From: Parcubacteria group bacterium
GTDB lineage: Bacteria; Patescibacteriota; JABMPQ01
Direction: 5' to 3'
Assembly: GCA_013202585.1 (NCBI GenBank)
Contig: JABMPQ010000072.1
Coordinates: 5,729-37,728, forward strand
Length of the DNA: 32,000 bases
Shown here: positions 1 to 8,583 of the stretch, in pieces
Layout: every line of letters begins with the position of its first letter
Numbering within the stretch: the first letter of the stretch is position 1
Notes under the pieces: generated by a model
What the model saw: only the letters and a program-made list of their open reading frames with translations
What the model was told of the DNA's origin: nothing
The model's database searches: none
Program-made: the position numbers and the translations under genes

Positions 1-451
1 ATCCTTCCACCAATACGGCCATCGGTGAAAATATAAATAAATTATATACCACCAACAGTGATGTTCCTAGCATTATTAATTTCCGCAGCAATTGATTGTC
101 TTTTTGAAAAACGCCAATTGTGCTAAACAACAACGCCAGATAAATCACAATGTCGTATACTTCAGCGTAGGTAATGATAAAAATAACGGTATTTATGCCC
201 AGAAATAGATAGAGAAATTTCTTATTGATCGTGCGATAACAAACCATATACCTAGCCACTGAAACCAAAATGATTATCCCTGCTACGACTTTGGATAACA
301 GGAAATAATGCACACTGATCAGGCTGGCGGATGCCAATAGACACAATAGAGTATACTTTCTTTTCTTGTACTGCATACTGAGGAAATCAAACCCCAGAGC
401 AAAAAACACCAGAACCTGTGACGCTATAAAAGCAGGGGTCAAAATTTCCAT
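1..451 (-). CDS. Partial multi-pass inner-membrane protein, YgjV-like; 3' end runs off the window
   Basis: Absent from the ORF track because there is no stop in the window. Reading the minus strand from the ATG at 451 gives MEILTPAFIASQVLVFFALGFDFLSMQYKKRKYTLLCLLASASLISVHYFLLSKVVAG..., open to position 1. Hydrophobic helices and the VHYFLL pattern recall the YgjV family (from memory). Confidence 0.45.
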   Translation of the reverse strand, partial: MEILTPAFIASQVLVFFALGFDFLSMQYKKRKYTLLCLLASASLISVHYFLLSKVVAGIIILVSVARYMVCYRTINKKFLYLFLGINTVIFIITYAEVYDIVIYLALLFSTIGVFQKDNQLLRKLIMLGTSLLVVYNLFIFSPMAVLVEG

Positions 452-497
452 CAAGATGCGCTAAAGGAACTTTAATAAATAATACTGTCCGCAAATT

Positions 498-803
498 TTA
501 TTCATCCTTTGTCCTAGTATTCACCCCATTAATCTTCTTGTACTCACGTTTTTTGTTCTTCTCGACCTTCTTTACGATCTCTTTTTCTAAATCAATATCT
601 AATATTGCGGCTAAGCCCAGTAGATATATCACTACATCCGCCAGCTCTTCACCTAGGTCAGGCGACTTTTTTCGATAAGCGGCAAAGGCTTCAGCTAGCT
701 CGCCATAGGTTAAGCCGAATTCAAGATTAATGTCAGTTGTATTAAAATCTTTAGCCTTTTTATTTTTGAGGATTTCTTGTTGTAGTTTTTGGAGGTCAAG
801 CAT
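498..803 (-). CDS. MazG-like all-alpha nucleotide pyrophosphohydrolase domain protein
   Basis: 101 aa. EFGLTYGELAEA ... LGEELADVVIYLLGLA matches the paired EExxE/D helix pattern of small MazG/NTP-PPase proteins. Confidence 0.65.
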   Translation of the reverse strand: MLDLQKLQQEILKNKKAKDFNTTDINLEFGLTYGELAEAFAAYRKKSPDLGEELADVVIYLLGLAAILDIDLEKEIVKKVEKNKKREYKKINGVNTRTKDE

Positions 804-835
804 GTGGAGGTAATTAAAAAATTGAATTTAATAAT

Positions 836-1024
836 TTAAACAATCCCAAAACGTTTTTCAATTTCCCCCTCAGCTAGCTCCTTACCCGACCATCTACCAA
901 AACGCGCATCACAATCTTTACATTGTATTTCGCTCACACCATCATAATGTTCTGGACTATCCCAGGAATATTCCACCATGACGATATTTTTGCTGCCACA
1001 TTTCTGACATTTTTCTTTATCCAT
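836..1024 (-). CDS. Small zinc-ribbon protein (CxxC...CxxC), function unknown
   Basis: 62 aa with CQKC and CKDC pairs. Lies between the Fic and MazG-like genes on the same strand. Confidence 0.45.
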   Translation of the reverse strand: MDKEKCQKCGSKNIVMVEYSWDSPEHYDGVSEIQCKDCDARFGRWSGKELAEGEIEKRFGIV

Positions 1025-1067
1025 ATATTTGTATTAATTTTTTATAATGCAAAAACAACTAGAGTAG

Positions 1068-2222
1068 CTAGTCTTTTTTATGAGTGTCATAAAAAATATC
1101 AACATAATCTTTATATATATACGATTTGTTATATTTTTTCTTGGTATCGCGTAAATACAATATATTAAGATCCACAAATCTATCGACGAGTTTCTGGGAT
1201 CCATTCCTTGTAAATCCTGTCCATTTCTGCACAGTGGACACATCGACTATCGGTAAGGAGAAAAGCTTTGGTAGAACGGCCACCGCACTCATCGAAGATC
1301 GTTTATCCATGCTCTGTATCCGAAGAATATCACGCTCACGCAGCTTGGTGATCTTATGAACTGTATCTATAGCTTCGCTCGCTATTTCAGATACCCCGAG
1401 TAGAAAAAATTTAACCCATTCATGCACTTCACTATTCCCGTATCCATGCAAACGATCATAATACATTTGTTGATGCTTTTTGAAATACGCCGAAAGAAAT
1501 AGTACCGGTTTTTCGAGCAATCCGATCTCGCGAAGATAAAGCGTTGTGAGCATTCTTCCCGTCCTACCGTTACCATCGCGAAAAGGATGGATTGTTTCAA
1601 ATTGAGCATGCAAAAGAGCCGCTTTTGTAAGGGGAAGAAGTGTATCTTCTGTATGAGCAAATGTCTCCCAATCGCCGATAACTCTCAATAACTCGTGTGG
1701 AGGGGGAGGAACAAATTTTGCATCACGAGGGTTTGTACCATTTATCCAATTTTGATCATGACGGAATTCTCCGGGATAGGAATTTTGGGTATGTCTTGCA
1801 TCTTCCATTAAATCTTTATGAAGCTGTTTTATTAATCGTATACTGATTGGTATTTTTTTTAATGTGCTGATACCGCTATTGAGAGCTTTTATGTAGTGCG
1901 TGATATCATCTACATCTTCGGGAAGATTGGAGCCAATTTCTGCTTCAGCTTCAAGGGCATCAATCATCGTTGCGCCTGTTCCCTCGATCTGGCTTGATGA
2001 AGCCGCATCTTTCAAGATATACATAAAAAGAAAGAAATCGACATCTGGCAATAGTTGTGTAACACCATCCAACTTACTTACCAAATGCTGAGCTTGTGCA
2101 TCTTGTTTTATGATAGATTGAGGTATGTCAAAACCCTCTTTCGGCGGAAAAGAATGCGGAACAAAAGCTTTGTATAAGCTCCATTGTTTGCTTTTTTGCT
2201 GTATATAACGCCCTAATTCCAT
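1068..2222 (-). CDS. Fic family protein (AMPylase/phosphotransferase type), class II-like
   Basis: HPFRDGNGRTGR is the Fic core motif. SSQIEG near the N-terminus fits the (S/T)xxxE(G/N) auto-inhibitory motif. At 384 aa, the size is typical of the Fic_N + Fic + wHTH architecture. Confidence 0.9.
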   Translation of the reverse strand: MELGRYIQQKSKQWSLYKAFVPHSFPPKEGFDIPQSIIKQDAQAQHLVSKLDGVTQLLPDVDFFLFMYILKDAASSSQIEGTGATMIDALEAEAEIGSNLPEDVDDITHYIKALNSGISTLKKIPISIRLIKQLHKDLMEDARHTQNSYPGEFRHDQNWINGTNPRDAKFVPPPPHELLRVIGDWETFAHTEDTLLPLTKAALLHAQFETIHPFRDGNGRTGRMLTTLYLREIGLLEKPVLFLSAYFKKHQQMYYDRLHGYGNSEVHEWVKFFLLGVSEIASEAIDTVHKITKLRERDILRIQSMDKRSSMSAVAVLPKLFSLPIVDVSTVQKWTGFTRNGSQKLVDRFVDLNILYLRDTKKKYNKSYIYKDYVDIFYDTHKKD

Positions 2223-2274
2223 AATTCTATAAAATAGTTACTTTTTCACTCTCCAATAGTCACTATCTTATCAT

Positions 2275-3156
2275 TTAGTTACTTTTCGTGCAAGTAATGT
2301 TAACTATCTTTTTACTCCCACCCTTGCCTAGATAATTCCCACTACTAACAACTTTTTTATTCGTCTTTTCCTCTAGCTCAATTCTAGCTTTTCGGGAAAT
2401 TCCACCACCTTTTTTGCCAGCTTCCTTATTTTTCTTCATTCCCTTAGCCTTCATATTCTCCGCAATCTCTCTGGTTGACATCTCAGCTAAGGCGGTAAAA
2501 ATCAACTCTGCCTCATTCATATGATCACGTAAATTTTCTCGCTTTAATGTCTTAATTTTTTTGTGATCCTTAACTGACAATCCACTCCATTCTTCATGAA
2601 TGATGTTTGTTAAAATCGCAAATTCTTCACCTTTTTTAATATCACTATTGCTCCAATAATCTGTTAGCTTGTTTCTGGTCTCTTGCCCCATCATTCTCTG
2701 TTGTATCCACTTCTGACTACGTCCGTGTTTTTGCCAATTATCTCTAGCTCTGTTAACTGATTTCTCCGGATCAATTGTTTCCTGCATTCGCTGATAGCCA
2801 ACCTTGGCTAACCAAAGCTTAATTGGTTCGGCTTTTTTACTTGGCACAGATTGAACCAATCTTAAAATAGTTTTTACATCAGCTACGTCAGTTAATCTCA
2901 TTTTTCCGTCTTGTGCTAACATCTTCAACTGGTGACAATTTGTCACCAGTTGACTTCCCTCTATTTTAAGCCTTTCTTTTAGTTTATTCCAATATTTTCT
3001 TGCTTTTTGATAATCTTTTTGCGAGGTGAGAGCTGCTACAATGTCAATTACGGAGAAATACCATGCTTCTTTCTCCTCATTGAAATATTTTCGGATTTTG
3101 AAATCCTCGAATATTTCTATTTTATTTGATTTTGCAATATTTTTGCGTAGAGCCAT
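2275..3156 (-). CDS. BRO-N / DinD-like (DNA-damage-inducible protein D family) protein
   Basis: The N-terminal FEDFKIRKY...WYFSVIDIVAALT pattern looks like a BRO-N domain. The central and C-terminal region (RDHMNEAELIFTALAEMSTREIAE) resembles E. coli DinD as I recall it. Lys-rich tail. Confidence 0.65.
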   Translation of the reverse strand: MALRKNIAKSNKIEIFEDFKIRKYFNEEKEAWYFSVIDIVAALTSQKDYQKARKYWNKLKERLKIEGSQLVTNCHQLKMLAQDGKMRLTDVADVKTILRLVQSVPSKKAEPIKLWLAKVGYQRMQETIDPEKSVNRARDNWQKHGRSQKWIQQRMMGQETRNKLTDYWSNSDIKKGEEFAILTNIIHEEWSGLSVKDHKKIKTLKRENLRDHMNEAELIFTALAEMSTREIAENMKAKGMKKNKEAGKKGGGISRKARIELEEKTNKKVVSSGNYLGKGGSKKIVNITCTKSN

Positions 3157-3301
3157 AGACTGATTAATGAACTCAGGTATTATTTAGTATACATTCGCCC
3201 GCCAATAGATACTATCTTACTATCTAGTATATATCTTGGGGGTAAGCGGTGATTATTCACCAAGGATATGGAGAATGGGGCGAGCGTTAAAAACAAACTT
3301 T

Positions 3302-3556
3302 CTACCCGTATTTTAATTTTAATACTATCAGCGATATCGTCATTACCAAAGTAATACTACTCATAACAATCAAAGACGCACTACTAATATAATAACCATA
3401 TACTACCCACAAAGTTTGTCCGCCCAAATTAATTAATATCCATAAAATTGCTATATCTTTAGTCGATTTAGTCTGCCATGATTTTATCAATTGAGGTAAT
3501 AGCGATACAGCTACCAAGCCCCCGGCAATAAATCCTAATAATTCTATTGATTCCAT
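3302..3556 (-). CDS. SemiSWEET / PQ-loop family transporter (84 aa, 3 TM)
   Basis: MESIELLGFIAGGLVAVSLLPQLIKSWQTKSTKDI... carries the PQ motif and three hydrophobic helices. I chose the internal ATG at 3556 because the 124-aa track ORF overlaps the upstream deaminase gene. Confidence 0.7.
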   Translation of the reverse strand: MESIELLGFIAGGLVAVSLLPQLIKSWQTKSTKDIAILWILINLGGQTLWVVYGYYISSASLIVMSSITLVMTISLIVLKLKYG

Positions 3557-3563
3557 ATAGTTA

Positions 3564-4031
3564 TTATTTATCCCACACCACTGGCTCATAAGGATACGGG
3601 TAAAGCTCTTTGATCGTATGCTTCTCCCACTTAGGGAAAGTCCACACGCCGTCTTTGCCAATATATTGCAAGCCAATAACCGTCGTGTCTGGACTACCGT
3701 GTTCCCAAATCAGATGCCGGCAAGTGCCGCAGGGCATGGTGCAGCGCTCTAGCCCCTCTGGCGCCGGATCAGCTACTACAACGCATTTGACTTTGGCCGC
3801 ATAGGATTCTTGCATTACCATATTGGCGATGGCGTGTCGCTCGCCGCAAACGTTGGCATGCGAGATGTTGGCCTCCAGGCAGGCTCCGTCATGAATCTGG
3901 CCGCTGTCGGATAATATGAAGGAGTATAAAGTATCGATACTGCCTTTGGCGTGGCGCATCTGGTTGTACTTTACGACTGCTTTCTTAGCATGATCGACTA
4001 GTTTTTGTTCGTCGGGGGTTAGGGTTTGCAT
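3564..4031 (-). CDS. Cytidine deaminase-like zinc deaminase (CDA fold)
   Basis: CGERHA (C/H-A-E type zinc/catalytic motif) and PCGTCRH (PCxxC) sit at the spacing of homotetrameric cytidine deaminases. There is a C-terminal extension of about 25 aa. Confidence 0.75.
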   Translation of the reverse strand: MQTLTPDEQKLVDHAKKAVVKYNQMRHAKGSIDTLYSFILSDSGQIHDGACLEANISHANVCGERHAIANMVMQESYAAKVKCVVVADPAPEGLERCTMPCGTCRHLIWEHGSPDTTVIGLQYIGKDGVWTFPKWEKHTIKELYPYPYEPVVWDK

Positions 4032-4038
4032 AGTGTTA

Positions 4039-4734
4039 TTAGTTAGAAACTACGGCCTCAAATATTTCAAAGTATACCGGGTATATTTCTCTACTTTCTT
4101 CTTTAGTAACAAGACGTACCGTAAAGCCGGCTTCTTCAAGGAACGTCTGTAAAATATCAAATTTACCCAAAGTAGTTGAAAATCCAATGAGTAGTCTGCC
4201 GTCTTTTTTAAGATGCTTTCTGGCTTGGCTGACAAATCTATGGGTTGCTTTATAACCAGGGTCAAAAACAGCCTTTTCTAAATCCGATATTTCTTGATTT
4301 TTATCAATGTACCCGAAGGGAGTGTTCCAATAAATCGTATCGAACTTTGAATTAGGTGTGAGCGGTTCATATATATCACCTTGTAAAACTGTAACTTTAT
4401 CCTCTACTCCATTGATTTGAACATTTTCTTTGGTGTTGGCCGCAGCATCTGGATTAATATCAATAGCGGTGACATTTTTAGCTCCTCTTAATACTGCAAA
4501 AACTACCGTAGCTCCGATACCAGGTCCAATTTCTAAAAATTCTTCTCCCTTATTAATTGGTAATTCTCTGGCAAAAAACTCAGTATCCAAATAATACTTT
4601 GGCGAGAACACATTTGGGTAAACAACGAACTTGCGGCCAAGGATTTCAACTGCGTATTTCTTTTTTTCACTTTTACTTTTCTGAAGAACTTTTGCCGAGC
4701 CCGCCAAATATTTTTTATATGGAAGTTTTTTCAT
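4039..4734 (-). CDS. Class I SAM-dependent methyltransferase (small-domain, HemK/RsmC-like)
   Basis: LEIGPGIGA is a glycine-rich SAM-binding motif I. IYWNTPF is an NPPY-like motif IV variant. Confidence 0.7.
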   Translation of the reverse strand: MKKLPYKKYLAGSAKVLQKSKSEKKKYAVEILGRKFVVYPNVFSPKYYLDTEFFARELPINKGEEFLEIGPGIGATVVFAVLRGAKNVTAIDINPDAAANTKENVQINGVEDKVTVLQGDIYEPLTPNSKFDTIYWNTPFGYIDKNQEISDLEKAVFDPGYKATHRFVSQARKHLKKDGRLLIGFSTTLGKFDILQTFLEEAGFTVRLVTKEESREIYPVYFEIFEAVVSN

Positions 4735-4780
4735 GATTATTTAATCGACTAACAGCCCGCCTAGCATAATTTGTATTATT

Positions 4781-4842
4781 TTACGATAGCTTTTTTAGTA
4801 TAATCGACTAGTTTTTGTTCGTCGGGGGTGAGGGTTGGCCAT
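4781..4842 (-). pseudogene. Remnant of the 5' end of a cytidine-deaminase gene (direct repeat of 3971-4031)
   Basis: About 52/61 nt match 3971-4031, including a 27-nt perfect core (4803-4829 = 3993-4019). The conserved frame reads PTLTPDEQKLVDYTKKAIVK then stop, against QTLTPDEQKLVDHAKKAVVKY in the intact gene. A 1-nt indel puts the ATG at 4842 out of frame. Confidence 0.6.
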
Positions 4843-4855
4843 AAACTACTTATTC

Positions 4856-5218
4856 TTAACTACTTTGCGTTTCAATATCATCATAGCTAGAAGTAGGTGT
4901 ATAATCTCCAATTTGAGTTTCTTGTTTTGTATTTAAAGTATCTTTAAATGATTTTTGGATATCTTTATGACTAGATCTTAATGTTGAAATAGTCGCTTTA
5001 TATTCAGATATAACATCTTTATAGCTTTCTCTGATCTGGTTAGAGAAAAAAGAGCCAAATGTATATAAAATACCAAATCCGATAGATATTGTTCCTAATA
5101 TTCCTGCCGGGGTATTAAAACTATTGTCAATTTTTAATAAAAAATAACCTGCAAGTAAAGTTAATAGTAATACTATTATAGATTGTAATTCGATTTTTTT
5201 TATTAGCTCTTTTAACAT
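4856..5218 (-). CDS. Small membrane protein (2 predicted TM helices, polar tail), unknown function
   Basis: 120 aa with hydrophobic stretches IIVLLLTLLAGYFLL and GILGTISIGFGILYTFGSFF. Starts 2 nt after the stop of the upstream ORF. Very AT-rich. Confidence 0.5.
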   Translation of the reverse strand: MLKELIKKIELQSIIVLLLTLLAGYFLLKIDNSFNTPAGILGTISIGFGILYTFGSFFSNQIRESYKDVISEYKATISTLRSSHKDIQKSFKDTLNTKQETQIGDYTPTSSYDDIETQSS

Positions 5219-5220
5219 AA

Positions 5221-5883
5221 TTATTTTGCTTGTATAAAGGTGTCGTTTAAAATAGACAAAAAATCATCTTTGTTTTTGAGATAATCCTTGAAACTATTCA
5301 ACATTTTTGAGATATCATCGATGTCAATTTTTCCTGTTTGAAAAATATCAACATCAAAAAGAACTCCGGGCGTTTTATTTTCATCGTTTTTTACCACCGA
5401 CTGAATCATTAAATTTATTTTAAAATTCTTTTTCGTATCTATTTCAAATTTGGCAATAGATAAAGATCCATTTTCAAATTTGGTAAGATTTTGAAAATAT
5501 TTTTTTTGGTTTTCTTGGTTGTCAAATTCAAAAATAAAATAATTCCGCCATCCGATACGATTAATTTTGTTTATATTAAGAATATCCAAAATTAACTTAC
5601 TTTCTGTGTTAAATAATTTTGCAATCATGTCCAACGAGTCTATTTCATTAAATTTCATCCAAACAATTTGAGGAGTGATTTTTAATTCATATATTTTGTC
5701 TCTTGGCGTTTTTATAACTAAGCCATTCAAATCCATGCTAAAAATAGGTGCCGCATCTTTACTGTGATACTTATTCACAATTTCACCAGCCTTATCAATA
5801 TATTGAAATCCTTCTACGGTATTTATTTGGATAAAACTTTCAGGATTTTTTAACTTATTTAGTTTTTGGATAGCATTGCTCAT
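5221..5883 (-). CDS. Hypothetical protein, possibly TIGR04255-like
   Basis: 220 aa. The NRIGWRNYF segment recalls the R-x-G-L-R-Y motif I associate with the uncharacterised TIGR04255 family (memory only). 8 nt downstream of the restriction gene. A sampled line (5401-5460) is 12/60 GC. Confidence 0.45.
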   Translation of the reverse strand: MSNAIQKLNKLKNPESFIQINTVEGFQYIDKAGEIVNKYHSKDAAPIFSMDLNGLVIKTPRDKIYELKITPQIVWMKFNEIDSLDMIAKLFNTESKLILDILNINKINRIGWRNYFIFEFDNQENQKKYFQNLTKFENGSLSIAKFEIDTKKNFKINLMIQSVVKNDENKTPGVLFDVDIFQTGKIDIDDISKMLNSFKDYLKNKDDFLSILNDTFIQAK

Positions 5884-5891
5884 AATAAAAA

Positions 5892-6686
5892 TTATATTAT
5901 AATGGTTGATTTCTCATACAACATTGGTAAACAATTCTGCCTCATGCGAAATTTTGTTCCGTGATTATGGCCAGTACGAGCATCAAAATCCACTAAGATT
6001 TTTCCTTCATCAAGAGCTTTTAAAAATCCTTCGAAGTTAAATTTCTGCAACATCATCACTTTTGTGTAATGATAGTATTCTTTCTTGCGTTTAACTTCTA
6101 CTTCTGCTTGTACATAAAAAGTATTAAGCAATTTTGTTCCAGCTTTATATTCCAAATCATCAAAACCCCAATAAGGCTGTGGATTAAGTTCACCAAGACC
6201 CGCCTTCTTTTTTACAAATCTAAGCCAATTCTTATGTTTTGGATCAACGCTTTTTGAATCAAATGAAATCAAAATTTTCTTTTCCTTGCGACTAACCACA
6301 ACTTTAAACCCACGATCACTTCTTGAATTGCCATGAATTGTTTGGCGAAAGCTCATTTCCCCTTTTGGGTATTTCTTGCCGTCTTCTTGGTGTGTCCAGC
6401 CATACAATGGAAGTAAAACTTGTGGCACAAAACGGACAGCACGTGGCGATGGCTCCATATGAAAAAGTGTTGTGAGAGATGTTGAATTTAAACATTGTGC
6501 TTTTAATTCCCACTCGGCGGCATTTGGGATCGGCAAATTATTTTCTTCAATTCCCAGTAAATCTTCTAAGGTATTACCAATTCCACCCTGATTGCCTTTT
6601 CGTGCATTTGGAATAAAACCTCTAGCAGAGATTTCTTTGAGTTTAGCTATTAAGGCCAGTTTTGTATAGATTGTCGGTTTTGCCAT
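5892..6686 (-). CDS. Type II restriction endonuclease, MvaI/BcnI family
   Basis: GNTLEDLLGIEENNLPIPNAAEWELKA...LTTLFHMEP parallels the BcnI N-terminal catalytic region (GQILERQFGVQENN...EFELKG...LTLFHKKP) as I recall it. It sits next to a beta-class MTase. Confidence 0.75.
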   Translation of the reverse strand: MAKPTIYTKLALIAKLKEISARGFIPNARKGNQGGIGNTLEDLLGIEENNLPIPNAAEWELKAQCLNSTSLTTLFHMEPSPRAVRFVPQVLLPLYGWTHQEDGKKYPKGEMSFRQTIHGNSRSDRGFKVVVSRKEKKILISFDSKSVDPKHKNWLRFVKKKAGLGELNPQPYWGFDDLEYKAGTKLLNTFYVQAEVEVKRKKEYYHYTKVMMLQKFNFEGFLKALDEGKILVDFDARTGHNHGTKFRMRQNCLPMLYEKSTIII

Positions 6687-6688
6687 AT

Positions 6689-7435
6689 TTAGAGTAGTTT
6701 AGTCTGTGATTGATGAACTTTAATTCTTTTTTTTGCTAATTCGCAATACTCCGGCGAGATATCAATTCCAATATAATCTCTTTTAGAATTTATAGCGGAA
6801 ATTGCCGTTGTGCCAGAACCTATGAATGGATCTAAAATAATCTTGGCATTTGTTGCAGAAATAATTCTATCAATTAGATTTACCGGAAAAGGAGCCGGAT
6901 GTCCATTTTTCATTTCCTGCGGTATCTCCCAAATATCACCATGGGCATTTGCCTTTTTGGCAAGTTTGAATTTCGGTTTAGCAATGAGGTAAATAACTTC
7001 GTAAGTGGGTAAAAAATAACCAGCATTAAAATTTAGTCCACCGGCACGTTTCCAAATGATAATTTGGCGAACCGGAAAATCACTGACAATATCTTGACGA
7101 TCTTGCAATAAGCCACCTTGGACACGCCATTTGTGATTGTAAAAAATAGCTCCATCTTCGGAGATTAGCCGCATCATCTCAATTAAGCAATCTCTTTGCC
7201 ATTTCACATATTCATCATGCGGTATATTATCGTCATAGTGTGAATAACCTTTTTGCAAAGCGGCATTTGCCCATTTTCCACCTCGTCCGTCTTTCATTCC
7301 GTTACCGGTAGAATTTTTAAGATTATATGGCGGTGAAGTAATAGCCAAATCAACCGATTCATTCGGTATTTTCTTCATGACATCAATTGCGTCACCGCAA
7401 ATGATTTTATTCGTAAATTTAGTAATGTTTTGCAT
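6689..7435 (-). CDS. DNA methyltransferase, N4-cytosine/N6-adenine beta class (N6_N4_Mtase)
   Basis: Motif IV SPPY (ITSPPYNL) is near the N-terminus and motif I DPFIGSGTT near the C-terminus. The IV-to-I order indicates the beta class. 2-nt gap to the REase gene. Confidence 0.9.
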   Translation of the reverse strand: MQNITKFTNKIICGDAIDVMKKIPNESVDLAITSPPYNLKNSTGNGMKDGRGGKWANAALQKGYSHYDDNIPHDEYVKWQRDCLIEMMRLISEDGAIFYNHKWRVQGGLLQDRQDIVSDFPVRQIIIWKRAGGLNFNAGYFLPTYEVIYLIAKPKFKLAKKANAHGDIWEIPQEMKNGHPAPFPVNLIDRIISATNAKIILDPFIGSGTTAISAINSKRDYIGIDISPEYCELAKKRIKVHQSQTKLL

Positions 7436-7576
7436 ATGTAGATTATAGCCTGAATGTAATTTTTAATAAATTGTTTTTGTAACAATAATGGAGAAAACGC
7501 GATATTTCCCCTCCAAAAATAAAAAAAAGGGGGGGTATTTTGCTTCCTTTTTTTTAAAAAGATAAAAAAACAAACT

Positions 7577-8329
7577 CTACAAAAGCACTCCTTCCAGCTT
7601 CTCCTTAATCCCGTACATCTCCAAGAGCTCCTCAATTCGTTGTCTGGTAGCCACATTCTCTAGCACTTTCTTGAACTCTGGATCGGGATTATCCAGTGGT
7701 CCGCGGCACCCTTGGCAGATCATACCCCCACCCGGACAAACTGCTTCACAGCCTCCTAATATAACTGGTCCCAAGCACGGCTGACCAAGTTGCAACAGAC
7801 ACGGAAACCCATGAATCTGACACTCATAGCACACCGGTCGTTGCGGGATCTTAGGAATCCGACCAGCCAAGAGCTCGTAGGTATAGCGAATAAATTCATC
7901 CGCATTGATCGGGCAACCGGGAATAGTAAAGTCCACCGGCACAAAGTCCGAGATCGGCTGCACCTTGGGGTCATGAATGCCCTTGGCATCGGGATAAACA
8001 AACTCCGCCTTGCAGACATCGCGGCGGTAATTTTTGATCTTGTACATTCCCCCTTCGGCCGCGCAGTTACCCAGCGCCACGACCAACCGCGACTTCTCGC
8101 GTAGCTTCACCAGATCTGTAAAATTATCCTTGGCAATCGGCGGTCCTTCGATAAAGGTAATATCATAGCTGTCTTCGGCCGGCAGCTCCTCGATCAAGTG
8201 AAAATCCACCACCTCCACCCGCTCGGTCAATTCAAAAAACAGCTTTCCCTTATCGAGAATGGCAAATTCACATCCTTCACAGTCGGAGAGAGCAATCAGG
8301 GCTACTTTTGGTTTGGTTTTTACTATCAT
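7577..8329 (-). CDS. hydD: [NiFe]-hydrogenase small subunit, group 3b (sulfhydrogenase delta)-like
   Basis: Cys clusters LSDCEGCE, LGNCAAEGG, IPGCP and CYECQIHGFPCLLQLGQPCLGPVILGGCEAVCPGGGMICQGCRGP align by eye with Pyrococcus HydD. Confidence 0.85.
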   Translation of the reverse strand: MIVKTKPKVALIALSDCEGCEFAILDKGKLFFELTERVEVVDFHLIEELPAEDSYDITFIEGPPIAKDNFTDLVKLREKSRLVVALGNCAAEGGMYKIKNYRRDVCKAEFVYPDAKGIHDPKVQPISDFVPVDFTIPGCPINADEFIRYTYELLAGRIPKIPQRPVCYECQIHGFPCLLQLGQPCLGPVILGGCEAVCPGGGMICQGCRGPLDNPDPEFKKVLENVATRQRIEELLEMYGIKEKLEGVLL

Positions 8330-8365
8330 CTTAATAAATATTATAAATCGAGCACTAGAAATTAT

Positions 8366-8566
8366 CTACAGAGGTTGACACGAATGGTCATATTTTGGAC
8401 ATATATATGGACAATAAGGATCATCGGTTGGGCAAAGAATTTTAAGACCAAGATAATTTTCTATATATCCTATTTTTGTTAAAATTGCCCAAGTTGCCAC
8501 AAATGCAATAAATATGGCTAAAACCACGACTAATATCAAGATTATGTGGATTATGTCTTTGCTCAT
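8366..8566 (-). CDS. Small single-TM protein with Cys-rich tail, unknown
   Basis: 66 aa with an N-terminal hydrophobic helix and the tail CPTDDPYCPYICPKYDHSC. Coding status uncertain. Confidence 0.35.
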   Translation of the reverse strand: MSKDIIHIILILVVVLAIFIAFVATWAILTKIGYIENYLGLKILCPTDDPYCPYICPKYDHSCQPL

Positions 8567-8583
8567 TTTGGATATATCATTAT

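Noticed and set aside
923-1660. Small ORFs 923-1168+, 1034-1243-, 1126-1359+, 1382-1660-
   Set aside because: They are antisense to or out of frame within the zinc-ribbon and Fic genes, and their translations are hydrophobic, low-complexity junk.
3171-3240. Direct repeat TACTATCT-TACTATCT and nearby palindromic AT-rich sequence upstream of the BRO-N/DinD-like gene as an operator
   Set aside because: It is plausible but short and AT-rich in an AT-rich spacer. There is no second copy or cognate regulator to support it.
3557-3676. N-terminal 40-aa extension of the SemiSWEET ORF (track ORF 3302-3676)
   Set aside because: It overlaps the 3' end of the deaminase gene by more than 110 nt and adds a non-hydrophobic, Cys/Arg-rich leader. 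The internal ATG at 3556 gives a canonical 84-aa, 3-TM SemiSWEET.
7481-7545. CCCCTCC-A/T-rich-GGGGGGG hairpin as the hydD terminator
   Set aside because: The stem has a C:A clash on the transcribed (minus) strand and a 14-nt A/T loop. This is too weak to call.
7375-7656. 93-aa ORF spanning the hydD-MTase intergenic region
   Set aside because: It overlaps both flanking genes out of frame and crosses homopolymer runs (A8/G7/T9).
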